Shown here: piece after piece, positions 40,484 to 51,500 of the stretch
Layout: every line of letters starts with the position of its first letter
Numbering within the stretch: the stretch's first letter is position 1
Virus record (IMG/VR): IMGVR_UViG_2832702071_000001
Span: 51,936-115,935 of that record
DNA length: 64,000 bases
Strand: one strand, 5' to 3'
Origin: a virus
Taxonomy: Duplodnaviria > Caudoviricetes
Made by a program: the position numbers and the translations under genes
Notes under the pieces: model-generated
The model's input: only the letters and a program-made list of their open reading frames with translations
What the model was told of the DNA's origin: nothing
Databases searched by the model: none

Positions 40484-41140
40484 ATGTCTACAGATTGGTA
40501 TTTACAAGATGTCAGGTACTTCTCTGGATATGAAAATAGCGAAATATCTGAAGCTTTTGGGTCTTTTGATGAATTTCTAGCTCAATCACCTGAGACCTAC
40601 AAGGTGTTTATTAACGATAAATTGGTAGAAAAGACAATAATCATACAGTCTGAATCAGATTACAATAAAAGGCGCATTTTATTTAAAAAAGATGATGTGC
40701 TTTGGGGAGATTTAATCACTCATGATAATGAAAAATGGCTAGTCACAGAAAGACCTTTTTTTAACAAAATTCACAGTAAGTCTAAGATGGCATTATGTAC
40801 AAACGTGTTGAGTTTTGAGGTTGATGGAGAAAGAGAAATTGTTGGTTGGACAGATTTTAATCAACCAATATATTCAGATGAGCCAAACATTGTCACAATT
40901 GAATTCCCTTGCGTTGTTGAAGATGCGTCAGACTTAAAGTCTAATAATGAAGAAGAAGTTAATCTACCAAATGGTGATATGGCTTTAATAATATCTTACA
41001 CAGATAGCGAACAGATCACCGAAGACAGAGAATTTTCTATGTTTAATCAAACCTACAGAATTTCTGGAATCGATAAGAGTAAAACAAAGGATAGCCTAGG
41101 TGTTTTAAAGCTAGTAGTTAAGAGGGTTCAAAGCAATTAA
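40484..41140 (+). CDS. Putative head-closure/neck protein
   Basis: Position; GDLI...WLV pattern. Confidence 0.5.
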   Translation: MSTDWYLQDVRYFSGYENSEISEAFGSFDEFLAQSPETYKVFINDKLVEKTIIIQSESDYNKRRILFKKDDVLWGDLITHDNEKWLVTERPFFNKIHSKSKMALCTNVLSFEVDGEREIVGWTDFNQPIYSDEPNIVTIEFPCVVEDASDLKSNNEEEVNLPNGDMALIISYTDSEQITEDREFSMFNQTYRISGIDKSKTKDSLGVLKLVVKRVQSN

Positions 41141-41163
41141 ATTAGAATGTTTGGAATGATTGG

Positions 41164-41478
41164 ATGGTTAATTTTAATAAATTTGCGATAGACGATACTT
41201 TTGAGTATTACAAGAATCAATTTTATAAAATTCTAAATCTATATGAAGATAATGATATGTATGGATACATGTATGCTATCCGCATATATACTGAGTTAGA
41301 AGAATTACCTGAGTTGATACCTGAGTTAAACGATAATTATAAGTTTGTTATCGTGTTAGACAAGTTGGGAATCATTTTAAATGGGCTTATATCTTTCGAT
41401 ACTCCTTTACAGCTAATTAAAAATCACACATTTGAGTCTATGAATTTGCTAGATGATATACGGGGGTCGATTGAATGA
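41164..41478 (+). CDS. Hypothetical protein
   Basis: Within the structural operon; overlaps the next gene. Confidence 0.65.
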   Translation: MVNFNKFAIDDTFEYYKNQFYKILNLYEDNDMYGYMYAIRIYTELEELPELIPELNDNYKFVIVLDKLGIILNGLISFDTPLQLIKNHTFESMNLLDDIRGSIE

Positions 41479-41987
41479 ATTCAAGAGATCACTTAATGGA
41501 AATATACAAAAAATTTCAAACAAGTGAAGATCTTCTGAGGTTATTGTACTATTACCCAACAGATAATAACGGTAACTACTCAAACCCCTTGTCTCAGGAT
41601 AAGCAAAATATATTAGATATGAGTCCGTTAGAAAAATTGAATATCATTAAAGATAGAATAAGATTTACAAAATCAATTGATGGTATGGGTACTGACGAAA
41701 ACCATATATGTAGGATTATATTTTATGCAGGTAGAAGAAGTGTAACATCCAACAGGTTGACTATGAATCAAGACATTAATTTTGACATTATTGTTCACAG
41801 AGAATTTAATGATAACGACATGAGGTTGGAATGGATTAAAGACGTTGTTGATAAAATATTAGTCTATGAAGATTATTCATCTTTTGGAGAAGTTAAACAA
41901 CTGTCTGGAAAGGAAATTAGTGGTTTGCCAGAAGGATATATAGGATATCAATTAACTTATAATTTTGGTGATTTAATTGATAAATGA
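41475..41987 (+). CDS. Putative tail terminator/neck protein
   Basis: LLRLLYY...GYQLTY; position. Confidence 0.5.
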   Translation: MNSRDHLMEIYKKFQTSEDLLRLLYYYPTDNNGNYSNPLSQDKQNILDMSPLEKLNIIKDRIRFTKSIDGMGTDENHICRIIFYAGRRSVTSNRLTMNQDINFDIIVHREFNDNDMRLEWIKDVVDKILVYEDYSSFGEVKQLSGKEISGLPEGYIGYQLTYNFGDLIDK

Positions 41988-42726
41988 ATTAAAATTGATG
42001 CATGGTGATCCTATCCCCTCTCCAAACAATAAATTTGAAGTTTTACCTCTAACAGTTGGAAATGTGAAGAATATGGGTGAACAAAAGTATTATCAATATT
42101 TAAATATATTACTGATAGACAAGAACTCGCTAAATAATTTTAATAGTGAATACATAGACAACAATTCAATATATGGCATATTTATTAAATTAATGTCAGA
42201 AAGTATAGATATTAATTTAATGGCAATGGCTGCTCTATCAGTTTTCACATCAGAAACATTCTCGATTCATGATAACAATCTTTATATAGTTAAATCTCGT
42301 GAAGACGGAGAATTTAAAATACCATTTACCAAAGATGACTTCTTATTCTTAAGAGATGTAGTCAAGAGGCAAAACTATATGAAAATAGAAGATGAAACAT
42401 CATATAAAAATGCAAACAATAAAGTAGCAGAATTAAAAAAGAAAATGATGGAACAAAGAAAAAGAGCAATAAAAAACAATAAAGATAAAGGGCTAACCCT
42501 TTCTGAAATAGTTTCTATTACATCTTCGTATTCTCAAAATGTCACCCCATTTAATGTTTGGGATTTATCCATTTATGAACTATACAACCAATTTTATCGT
42601 CTTCAGATTTGGGATAATTTTCACATTATGCAATATCTATCTCCTCACATGGAGAAAGATGCAAATAAAAATACAAAACATTGGACAACACCTGTTGATC
42701 CGAACAAATACAAGGAGGAAAATTAA
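41977..42726 (+). CDS. Hypothetical tail-assembly protein
   Basis: VWDLSIYELYNQFYRL motif; position. Confidence 0.6.
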   Translation: MINELKLMHGDPIPSPNNKFEVLPLTVGNVKNMGEQKYYQYLNILLIDKNSLNNFNSEYIDNNSIYGIFIKLMSESIDINLMAMAALSVFTSETFSIHDNNLYIVKSREDGEFKIPFTKDDFLFLRDVVKRQNYMKIEDETSYKNANNKVAELKKKMMEQRKRAIKNNKDKGLTLSEIVSITSSYSQNVTPFNVWDLSIYELYNQFYRLQIWDNFHIMQYLSPHMEKDANKNTKHWTTPVDPNKYKEEN

Positions 42727-43511
42727 TGTCTGCACCGGGATTACAATATGGTATTAAAGAAGTCCTAGACTTCTTACTGCGTGACTTTGCAACAAAAGAA
42801 CCAATTACTTTAATTGATTATGCAACCGCTACATCTAACGAGACTTCTGCTGAACGAATCGATATCAATGGTGGTCGAGGTATGCCTAAGCTGATGAGTT
42901 TTGACCATACTAAAGTATCTACATTCACATTAACACTACCATTAGTAGATTTAAAGACTTTAGCCATGTTGGCTGGATCTGAATTAATTAATGACACAAC
43001 AAAAGAATTAATTAAAACTGAAAAGGTTACTGTTACCGACAATGGTGGAACATTAGAGGCGACGCTTACAAAAGAACCAATTAACGGAGATGTAGCACTA
43101 TATGTTGTTGACGGGCAACGAGATTTTGGAGAGGAAATTACAGGGGCAACTGTCGCAACATCAACTATTACTTTTGGATCTGAGACACCAACTGTGTCAG
43201 ATGGTCAAGAAGTTTGGGCTATCTATCAGTACGCTGCTCCAGCGGGTGCTAAACAAATCAGAATCACTTCTACAAACTTTCCTAAAGCTGTTGAGATGTC
43301 TGGGTATGGTATTTGGCGTAATCAACTTGACGAAACAGATTACCCTGTTCATGTTCAAGTACACAAAGCTCGTCCACAGTCAAACTTCACGTTTACTATG
43401 GAAGGAGAAAATGCAACCAATTTGGAGCTAACCTTTGATGTATACGAAGCTACAATTGATGGTGAGAAAACTTATATTGACTATATCGTAATGGACGATC
43501 CAGACGCATAA
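42726..43511 (+). CDS. Major tail protein
   Basis: YGIKEV, GGRGMPKL, FTFTMEGENAT; position. Confidence 0.75.
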   Translation: MSAPGLQYGIKEVLDFLLRDFATKEPITLIDYATATSNETSAERIDINGGRGMPKLMSFDHTKVSTFTLTLPLVDLKTLAMLAGSELINDTTKELIKTEKVTVTDNGGTLEATLTKEPINGDVALYVVDGQRDFGEEITGATVATSTITFGSETPTVSDGQEVWAIYQYAAPAGAKQIRITSTNFPKAVEMSGYGIWRNQLDETDYPVHVQVHKARPQSNFTFTMEGENATNLELTFDVYEATIDGEKTYIDYIVMDDPDA

Positions 43512-43592
43512 TTTAATTAATTATAATTTAATATAAATTGGTGAGGGGTTACTCCCCTCCCTCTTATATCTAAGGAATGAAAGGATGATTAT

Positions 43593-44144
43593 ATGTCTAA
43601 AAAGCTACCAATGTCTAAGGTAAAGAAGGAAGCAAAAAAACTTGATGAGATTGTTGTCATACCGTTTGATATATATGATGAAAATGAAGAGAAAAGATTT
43701 GAATATCAAGTTCAATTTAAGCCCTTCTTTAGCAATAGAAATATACAAAATGCAATTAAGGATTTACGAGATTCTCTTGTTGGTTTTAAAAAATATGGTA
43801 TTGAATTAAGTGATGAGTTAATCTATCCCCTGCTATCTTATTATGTAATTAAAAATCAGAGCGATCTATCTACTCCAAATAAGAATGACTACAAGAATGA
43901 AGAAAATTTTTATAAAGCTGAAGAGCAATTCTTTTATGCTTTATATGATACGGGATACATTAAGACAATCACAGACTATTTTGTAGAGGAAGAATGGTCT
44001 AAGGTAGTTCAAAGCACGATTCAAGTTGTGCAAGCTGATGAAAAAATAAAAAAACAGTTTAGTCAAATGCAAGAAAGTATGGATAATTTAGAAATTAACA
44101 ATAAAGAGTTAAATGATGTAATTAAAAAAAATAAGAGTCCATAA
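43593..44144 (+). CDS. Putative tail assembly chaperone
   Basis: Between major tail and tape measure genes. Confidence 0.5.
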   Translation: MSKKLPMSKVKKEAKKLDEIVVIPFDIYDENEEKRFEYQVQFKPFFSNRNIQNAIKDLRDSLVGFKKYGIELSDELIYPLLSYYVIKNQSDLSTPNKNDYKNEENFYKAEEQFFYALYDTGYIKTITDYFVEEEWSKVVQSTIQVVQADEKIKKQFSQMQESMDNLEINNKELNDVIKKNKSP

Positions 44145-44156
44145 AGGTGAGTTTTC

Positions 44157-44657
44157 ATGCCAGATTTTAAATCGATAAAAGATTTAGGAGAATATTTTAA
44201 TAATCACATTCTAACCGACGTTATGGAGGATGAAGTAGCAGAAATGGTCAAAGAGGAAGAAGCTAATGCTATCGATGAATTGGTGTACGATGCATATACA
44301 CCAAACTCTGATAGTTCTGCCGAACGTCGTGGCTCTTATGGTGGTCTAAAAGACACTAGAAATATGATACACACCGTAACCAACACTATGGGAGAAATCG
44401 AGTTATTAGTTAGAAATATAACAGAGGGAAATGAAGACGTTGATTATACAGAAGGAACCTCCCCTCCTAATTATTTAACAGGAATAATTGTATACGGCAG
44501 ACCAACACAAGCTGGCTTATACATAAATGGTAATGCTCATGCTTATACAAAACCAAGAGATTTTTTATCTGAGACTATGAATGAAATACAAAGAACGTTG
44601 AAACATGTTGATGCCATAAAAAAAGGGTTGAAACGCAATGGTATCAATACGGATTAA
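44157..44657 (+). CDS. Hypothetical structural protein
   Basis: VYDAYTP...YGGLKD...KPRDF. Confidence 0.6.
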   Translation: MPDFKSIKDLGEYFNNHILTDVMEDEVAEMVKEEEANAIDELVYDAYTPNSDSSAERRGSYGGLKDTRNMIHTVTNTMGEIELLVRNITEGNEDVDYTEGTSPPNYLTGIIVYGRPTQAGLYINGNAHAYTKPRDFLSETMNEIQRTLKHVDAIKKGLKRNGINTD

Positions 44658-44662
44658 AGAAG

Positions 44663-45670
44663 GTGAGAAACATTACGAAAAAAATAAATAAAAACATGTT
44701 GAGGGATCGAGCTAAAAAGTTACCAGAGATCACTAACGAGGAGTATAGCCTTGTCAATAACGAGTATAGGGAATTTGTCGATGAGTATTTAAGCGCACAG
44801 AACCACTCCCCTCAAACTAGGAAACAATATAGTAGTGGACTTAGACAATTTGGCTATTTTTTATATAATTCTTTAAATAACAAGCGAATGTGTAAGTTAA
44901 CAAAAAGAGATATGTTAAGATATATAAGCTTTTTGAAGGAGCGTGGAATGTCTTCTAGCGCAATAAATTTTAAGAAAGCCTGCGTTTCTAGTTTAATGAA
45001 TTATATTGAAAATTTTATTGCAGATGAAGAACCAGATTATAAATCTTTTAGAAATTTGACTAGAGGATTACCCTCTGTTCCAAAAAATCGAGTCTATGAA
45101 AAAGTTAAAGTAACATATGATGATTATAAGGAAATGATGTCAGCCTTAGAAAGTGATGACAATTATTTAGGTATGGCATGGCTGGCAACAGCTTTTTGGT
45201 GTGGAGCTAGACGTTCTGAAATAGTTCAGTTTCAAACCTCAATTATTGAAAAAGATTTTCCTGATAACGAAACGTATATTATGTCTCACAATGTTCGGTT
45301 AAAAGGTGCAGGTGAAGATGGTAAAATTGAACCGTATATGATACCAAGGGAAGCATATAATTATATGAAATTATGGGTTCAAAATCGTGATTATGAAAGC
45401 GAGTATATCTTTACTACTAAGAGAGGACAATCACTTCAAATGGCTCCATCGTGGGCAGACTACTTTTGTAGTGAAGTTTTGTCGTCTATCCTAGACCGTA
45501 GAATTAACCCCCACTTGTTTAAAGCTAGTTGTGTAACACATTTACTTGAACAAGGTGTAGACATAAACCTTGTATCTAAGCATGTAGCACATCATAATGA
45601 TGTGTCAACTACAATTAGTCACTATGATTTACGTGATTTTGAAGAGGAGAAAGCAAATATTTTCAAATAA
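44663..45670 (+). CDS. Tyrosine recombinase embedded in the tail operon (YomM-like)
   Basis: SAM-like N-terminus, GARRSE, NPHLFKAS, AHHND, TTISHYD. Confidence 0.88.
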   Translation: MRNITKKINKNMLRDRAKKLPEITNEEYSLVNNEYREFVDEYLSAQNHSPQTRKQYSSGLRQFGYFLYNSLNNKRMCKLTKRDMLRYISFLKERGMSSSAINFKKACVSSLMNYIENFIADEEPDYKSFRNLTRGLPSVPKNRVYEKVKVTYDDYKEMMSALESDDNYLGMAWLATAFWCGARRSEIVQFQTSIIEKDFPDNETYIMSHNVRLKGAGEDGKIEPYMIPREAYNYMKLWVQNRDYESEYIFTTKRGQSLQMAPSWADYFCSEVLSSILDRRINPHLFKASCVTHLLEQGVDINLVSKHVAHHNDVSTTISHYDLRDFEEEKANIFK

Positions 45671-45806
45671 AATACATATTTTATCCCCTCCCCTACTATC
45701 TTGTTTGAACTTTACATCTCTATTGAGGTGTAAATTTGAGATAAGATAAGAAATTAACACCCTGTATATGATATAATATAGAAAAATCATAGCTAGGAGT
45801 GATTTA

Positions 45807-46001
45807 ATGAATGAAAAAAATAATAAATTTATTAGCAAAGATATAAAAATATCGCTAATTGTTTTGTCTGTGCCTGTAATTATCGGAATAATTATTTTAT
45901 TTACAATTGTTGATTCTGGTGTTAATTATAATTATGATAATAATCCATCTATCCATGACGAAGAGTTTATAAAAGATAACTACGGCGGCATATCAAATTA
46001 G
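45807..46001 (+). CDS. Small membrane protein (moron-like)
   Basis: Single TM segment; AGGAG SD; TG-TATAAT near 45769-45777; terminator downstream. Confidence 0.65.
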   Translation: MNEKNNKFISKDIKISLIVLSVPVIIGIIILFTIVDSGVNYNYDNNPSIHDEEFIKDNYGGISN

Positions 46002-46012
46002 TAATTTTTTTT

Positions 46013-46045
46013 AATAAGTTACCCATTGGGTGGCTTATTTTTTTT
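46013..46045 (+). terminator. Intrinsic terminator
   Basis: AATAAGTTACCC-ATT-GGGTGGCTTATT followed by a T run. Confidence 0.75.
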
Positions 46046-46073
46046 ATGCAAAAAAGCAAAGGATGGTGAATTT

Positions 46074-47456
46074 ATGGCTGAAAATTTAGGAATTAGAATT
46101 AAAGCTAGCTTAGACGAACAACTATCTTTAAATCAAATCAACGCAGATCTAAAAAAACTAGCTTCTAAAATTGAGAGCTTAGACTTAAACATAGATGTTA
46201 AGGGTCTATCAAACGAAGTTAGAAAAGAAGTAGAAAAAATAAACAAAAGTAGTGGATCAAATAAAATAGATCCCGTCAAAGTTGATTCAACACAAATTAA
46301 AAAAGATTTTTCTGAAATAGGGAGAGCTATAGATCAATATGAGAAAGAATTTCAATCTAGCACCACTTCCGTTGTTAAAAATGTTGATCAACAAAGTCAG
46401 GAGATAAAAAGCCTTCTTGTAACTATGAAAGATGCTCAAAATCAAATTAGACGTATTAGATTAGAGCCACAGGAAGGAAACACCGCAGGAAGTACGGTTT
46501 ATAGAATGGCTCAGGGTGATATGCAGATCACCAGCAGAGCAAATGAAGAACGAGAAAAGGCTTTAAGATATGAACAGCAACTGAGGTCTCAAATAGAAAA
46601 AAACAGACAAGCAGAAGAAACGAAGACCAAGCAATTACAAGAACAGATTGACCTATACCAGCGTCAGGCAAAAATTAATGCACAAAACATGCAGAAAAAC
46701 TATGGTTCAATTTTAAAAGAAGATGATAATAGAAGATTAAAAGAATATTTAAATTCAGTAAACAGGTTAAGCACCACGACTCCTAACGTTAGAAGTCAGA
46801 TGCGTAACTTGAGTATGGATTTTAAAGATTTAAATAGTCAGATAAAAGCTTCTTCCTCTCACGTTATGACGTTTGGTGAGCAATTTAGAACTGCCGTCCA
46901 GCGTATTCCTATTTGGATGGCTGGTATGACAGCTATCTACGCCCCATTACGTGGTATACAAAGCGCAATTGATCAAGTTGTAATGCTTGATACACAGATG
47001 ACGGAATTGCGAAGAGTGATGGATGCTACCCCTTCTACATACAACAGCCTATTGCAAGATAGTATAAATTTATCAACAGAACTAGGAAATCGTGTTGAAA
47101 ATGTAAATCAGGCAATGGTTGAATTCGCAAGGCAAGGATATGACCCTAGTACACTTATGGACTTAACTGGGACTGCTACTATTGCAAGCAATATATCCGA
47201 GATGAGTACAACGGATGCTATGGACACTATAACTGCTTCCATGCAGGCATTCAATATTGAGGCTAATGATAGCATATCCATCATTGATCGTTTAAATGAA
47301 GTTGATAATAACTTTGCAATTGACAGTGCTACTCTAGCACAGGCATTGAACAAATCAGCAGCAACAGCCAATACCTTTGGTGTCACGATGGACGAACTAG
47401 TTGGGCAAATAGCTGCAATTGGCATTACAACTAGAGAAAGCGGACAGATTGTCGGT
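46074..47456 (+). CDS. Tape measure protein, exon 1
   Basis: TP901-type TMP motifs (LDTQMTELRRV, LNEVDNNFA); ends RESGQIVG at the 5' splice-site U. Confidence 0.88.
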
Positions 47457-48577
47457 AAAATAGTTGCCGCCTAGCTAAGTAATTAGCTAGTGAAAACCTT
47501 ACTATAACAGGGGAAGCCTTTGGGGAAAGGTAATCCTGTGGGAAGAATAGCTTAAACCTCTTAATTTGAGGTGAATAAAATTAAAAGTAAATTCAAATGT
47601 GTTTTCCACTGTGCCGAATGTGGTAAAATACTATATAAAAATAAGTCTCAGACACAAAACATTAAAACAGGGAAAGCTACATGTTCTCTTGCGTGTTTGG
47701 GAAGGTACAACAGTAAAAGAAATTATAGTAAAGTGGAAAAGACATGCACAATTTGTAACAAAAAATACGAGGTTATAAAGTCACAAGTAAACAAAAGTAA
47801 AACTTGCTCAAGAGGTTGTCAAAATCAGTGGCAATCTCTTTTTTTGCGTGGAGAAAATGCAAATAATTATAAAGGTGGAAATAGAATTAAGACTTGCGCT
47901 TATTGTGGAGATAATTATAATTCTGGGACACCGTATGAATACAAGACAAGGAAGTTTTGCTCTAAGTTTTGCAAAAATGAGTATTGGAAAAAATACACCC
48001 TCCACAATGAGTCTTTCAAAAAGTCTTGGTATGAGGGAAATAGAAGATTTAGGCAAGAGCTATTAGAAGGAAGAGAAACAAAACCTGAGAGAATGGTTAG
48101 GAAGTGGCTAGAACACAATAAAGTATTCTTTATACAAGAGAAAGGATTCTTTGGAAAATACTTTGCTGATTTTTTATCCCCAAAACAAAAACAGTGGTTG
48201 AAGTGATGGGAGATTATTGGCACGCAAATAGGTCGCTTTATGAAGACATTGGGAAGAAACCTTCGGAACAACAAGTCTATCAAAGAGCCAAGGACTCTTT
48301 GAAGAGGAAAGATTTTTTTAAATTTGGATTTAACTACTATGAAGTATGGGAAAATGATATTTACGAAGATTTAGATAAAATAATGTTTAAGCTATTCCCC
48401 GCAACGACTACACGTAAGGCATCCGAAACGGATGATGATATAGTCTGAACTACACATATAATCCCTTTTAATTCAAAGTGTAGAGAGGTGGTCAATGGTA
48501 ACCAGACCATTTAAAGAAGAACCACCTCCGCCATATATTTATGGTCTGTAACCTTTTAAGGTGAAAGTAACAGAGTG
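47457..48577 (+). ncRNA. Group I self-splicing intron (1121 nt)
   Basis: Exon ends in U with P1 CGGU-AA/UU-GCCG (U.G wobble); P3 CCTTAC/GTAAGG; P4 ACAGG/CCTGT; P6a 47545-47557/48385-48397; P7 GACTA/TAGTC; P8 CATCC/GGATG; terminal G; splicing restores ...RESGQIVG|NSLKTIY in frame. Confidence 0.93.
47571..48448 (+). CDS. Intron-encoded endonuclease (CxxC repeats plus Vsr/EDxHD-like nuclease) split by a -1 frameshift
   Basis: ORFs 47571-48206 and 48194-48448 join to give TKPE...ADFFIPKTKTVVEVMGDYWHAN...D...VWE. Confidence 0.8.
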
Positions 48578-51500
48578 AACAGTCTGAAAACGATTTACAC
48601 AAGATTAACAACCATGCAACCAGCCATTGATTCTCTAGCATCAGTAGGAGTATCTGTTAAAGATATGTCTGGAGAGATGCGACCAGTCACAGATATACTA
48701 GAAGATTTAGCTTTAAAATGGGATACGTTGAATGCTGAACAGCAACAAAACCTAGGTGTAACTCTGGCAGGTAGGTTCCAAGTATCGAGATTCTTAACAC
48801 TTATGCAGCAATGGGATACAGCCACACAGGTTACAACTACAAGCTTGGAATCGCAAGGATCAGCTATGCGAGAACAACAGGAATATTCAGAATCTCTAGA
48901 AGCAAGGCTAAATCGTCTATCAAATGCAGGTACAAGCTTGTCTCAGTCTATGGGAGACGCCTTTTTATCTGACGGCATCGTTGTGTTTACGGAAGCGATA
49001 GCTGGAATGGCAAATGAGTATGAAGACCTGATTGAATTTATTGGTTTCCTCCCCCCTACTTTGGGAGCTGCTGGCGTAGCAGTTACTGCGTTTAGTTCGA
49101 ACATCAGGGGTATGGGTACTGCCTTATTATTTGGTACGTCATCAATGGATAAAGCAAAAGTTTCAGCATTAGGTTTAGAACAAGGAATGACTCGTGGAGC
49201 CGTCGCTACTGCCACTTTAAAAACCGCTTTGCGTGGATTAGCTACAGCAACAATTGTTGGAATAGCATTCGCTGCTGTTGGATTTGCTATTGAAAAGCTT
49301 ACATCGGCAATTGGTGGAGCTATCAAGAGACAAAAAGAATTAGAAGAACAAACAGATAGATCTATGGAATCTTTGTCGAAAGAAAAGGATAACGTAGAGG
49401 ATCTAGTTGACAGATATGAAAAGTTATCAAATATAAACCGTAACAACCAACAAGAAGAAGAGTATGTCAATCTTCAAAACGAATTAGCTGAGCTATTGCC
49501 TACTGTGAAAATTGGAGAAGATGAAAAAGGTAACGCCATTTTAGCAAACACAGATATCATTAGAGATAATATTGCAGCAACAGAAAGAATGCTTGAGCTA
49601 GAGAGGGCTAACAATAGAGCTACAGCATCTGGTACTATAGAATCTAATCGTGGAAAAATTCAAGAAAACAACACTCAATTAGATGAGTATGAGAATGAAT
49701 TGAGAAAATGGTCTGATGAGATGGCTAATTCCGCAAATGATTATGCCATGAGTAAAGCAGAGGAACAATTTAATTATTATAAGAGCAAATTCCAAAATCT
49801 AAGCAGTGAAAATATAGAATTAATCGAGGCTACAAACAAGGCATACGAATCACTTGTTAGTACGGTAGATGGTCTTTCTAGTGTGGATATCTCCTGGGTC
49901 GGAAGAATTGCAACGGATATGCAATATTCCAAAGTAGAAGCTGAGAAGTTAGCTCAACAAGTCGCTACCGTCAGAAATGAATTAGGAGGCGGGTTTTCTC
50001 TAGAAGGGTTAGACGCTAATTCGATAAACTCTATAGTTTCTGCGATAAATTCTATTTCTGATAGCGCAAACATGTCTACTGTAGATCTGGCAAGAGTTGA
50101 AACAGAATTAAGAAAAAATGGTGTTAGCGCTAGTCAGGCTTCACAAGCGATAAGCGTTTTAACTGGTGAAAAAGAAAAATTAGCATCTGCATCTACGGAT
50201 TCTGCTAATGCTCAAGCATCGGAAACCGACGCTATGAGTGACAACACTGAGGCAACTTGGGAAAATGCTAGTGCATCGGATATGTTGTTTGGCGTGACTG
50301 CCGATCAAATATCACAAGCACAACAAGCTATCCAAGTGGTTGCCACCCTGTCGCAAATGGAAAATCTAAACGCTCAACAAAAAAGAATGCTGACAGATGC
50401 AACTGCTTTTCTTGCTAATATGTACCCAGAATTATCAGGAAATATTGCTGCTAATATAAATACAATATCTTCTGAAATAACAGCTATGGCTGATTTGAAT
50501 GATGCTAGTGGAAATAACGCCTATACAATGATGAGTAACCAAGATGCAGTAACAATGTCTACCATCGAGGCATCCAATCAGCGTATTTTAGCTCTTCAAA
50601 AAGAAGCACGGGCTTTACAAGACATTGTTAATAGTCATGTTGAAACACAAAAATCATTTGGCGATGGGAATGTGGCTAGTAATGGATTTATTAATCATGT
50701 TATAAACAAAGAAATTCCAAAAGTCAACGCTCAACTAAGTAAAGCTAGATCTACACGTAGAGATGTAACATATGGAAATTTTGTGCCATCTGATTATAAA
50801 TCTAATTATAGCAATTCTCCTAGATACTCAGGATCTTCATCTGGGTCTAGTTCTGGAGGTTCTGGGGGTTCTAGTGGCGCTAGATCTTCTTCTAAAGAAA
50901 AAGAAAACCAAAAAGATATTCTTGATGCTATAAACTCTCAAATTGATGCATATGAAAGAAAAGCAAAAATGCTAAATGACAATATCGCTATAGAAGAATA
51001 TCATTTAGATCAATATGAGAAGACTGATAAAGGATATCGTGAGAGACAAAAAAACATTGCTAAGCTAAAAAAACAACAAGCTAATTACCAAAAAGATACA
51101 ATCAATTATATAAATGACCAAATTAATGGCAACAAACGATTGAACAAAGAACAAAGAAATGAATTAAAGGATACACTTATATCTACTAAAGAAACGTACT
51201 ACTCTACCCTATCTGAGATAAATTCTATTAATCAAGAAATTAAAGATTCTTACAAAGCAATCGCCGATGAAATAGTTGAAGTATATAAAGAGGCATATGA
51301 GAAACAGCAGGAAATTGCTCTGAGTGTAATTGATAATGAATTAAAAGCATTAGAAGATTCCCATTCTAAGAAAATTAATATGCTGGATGAAGAAATATCT
51401 GCTTATGAGGAAGTTATCAACAAGAAAATTGAATCTTTAGATAAAGACAAAGAGAATGCTGATTATCAGGAAAAATTAGAAGAGATGCAAAAGGAACGAT

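Noticed and set aside
46026-46073. TTG start of the tape-measure ORF
   Set aside because: Lies inside a terminator hairpin; ATG at 46074 has the SD
48575-48577. GTG start of an independent 1250-aa gene
   Set aside because: These are the last three intron bases; there is no clear SD and the frame continues exon 1
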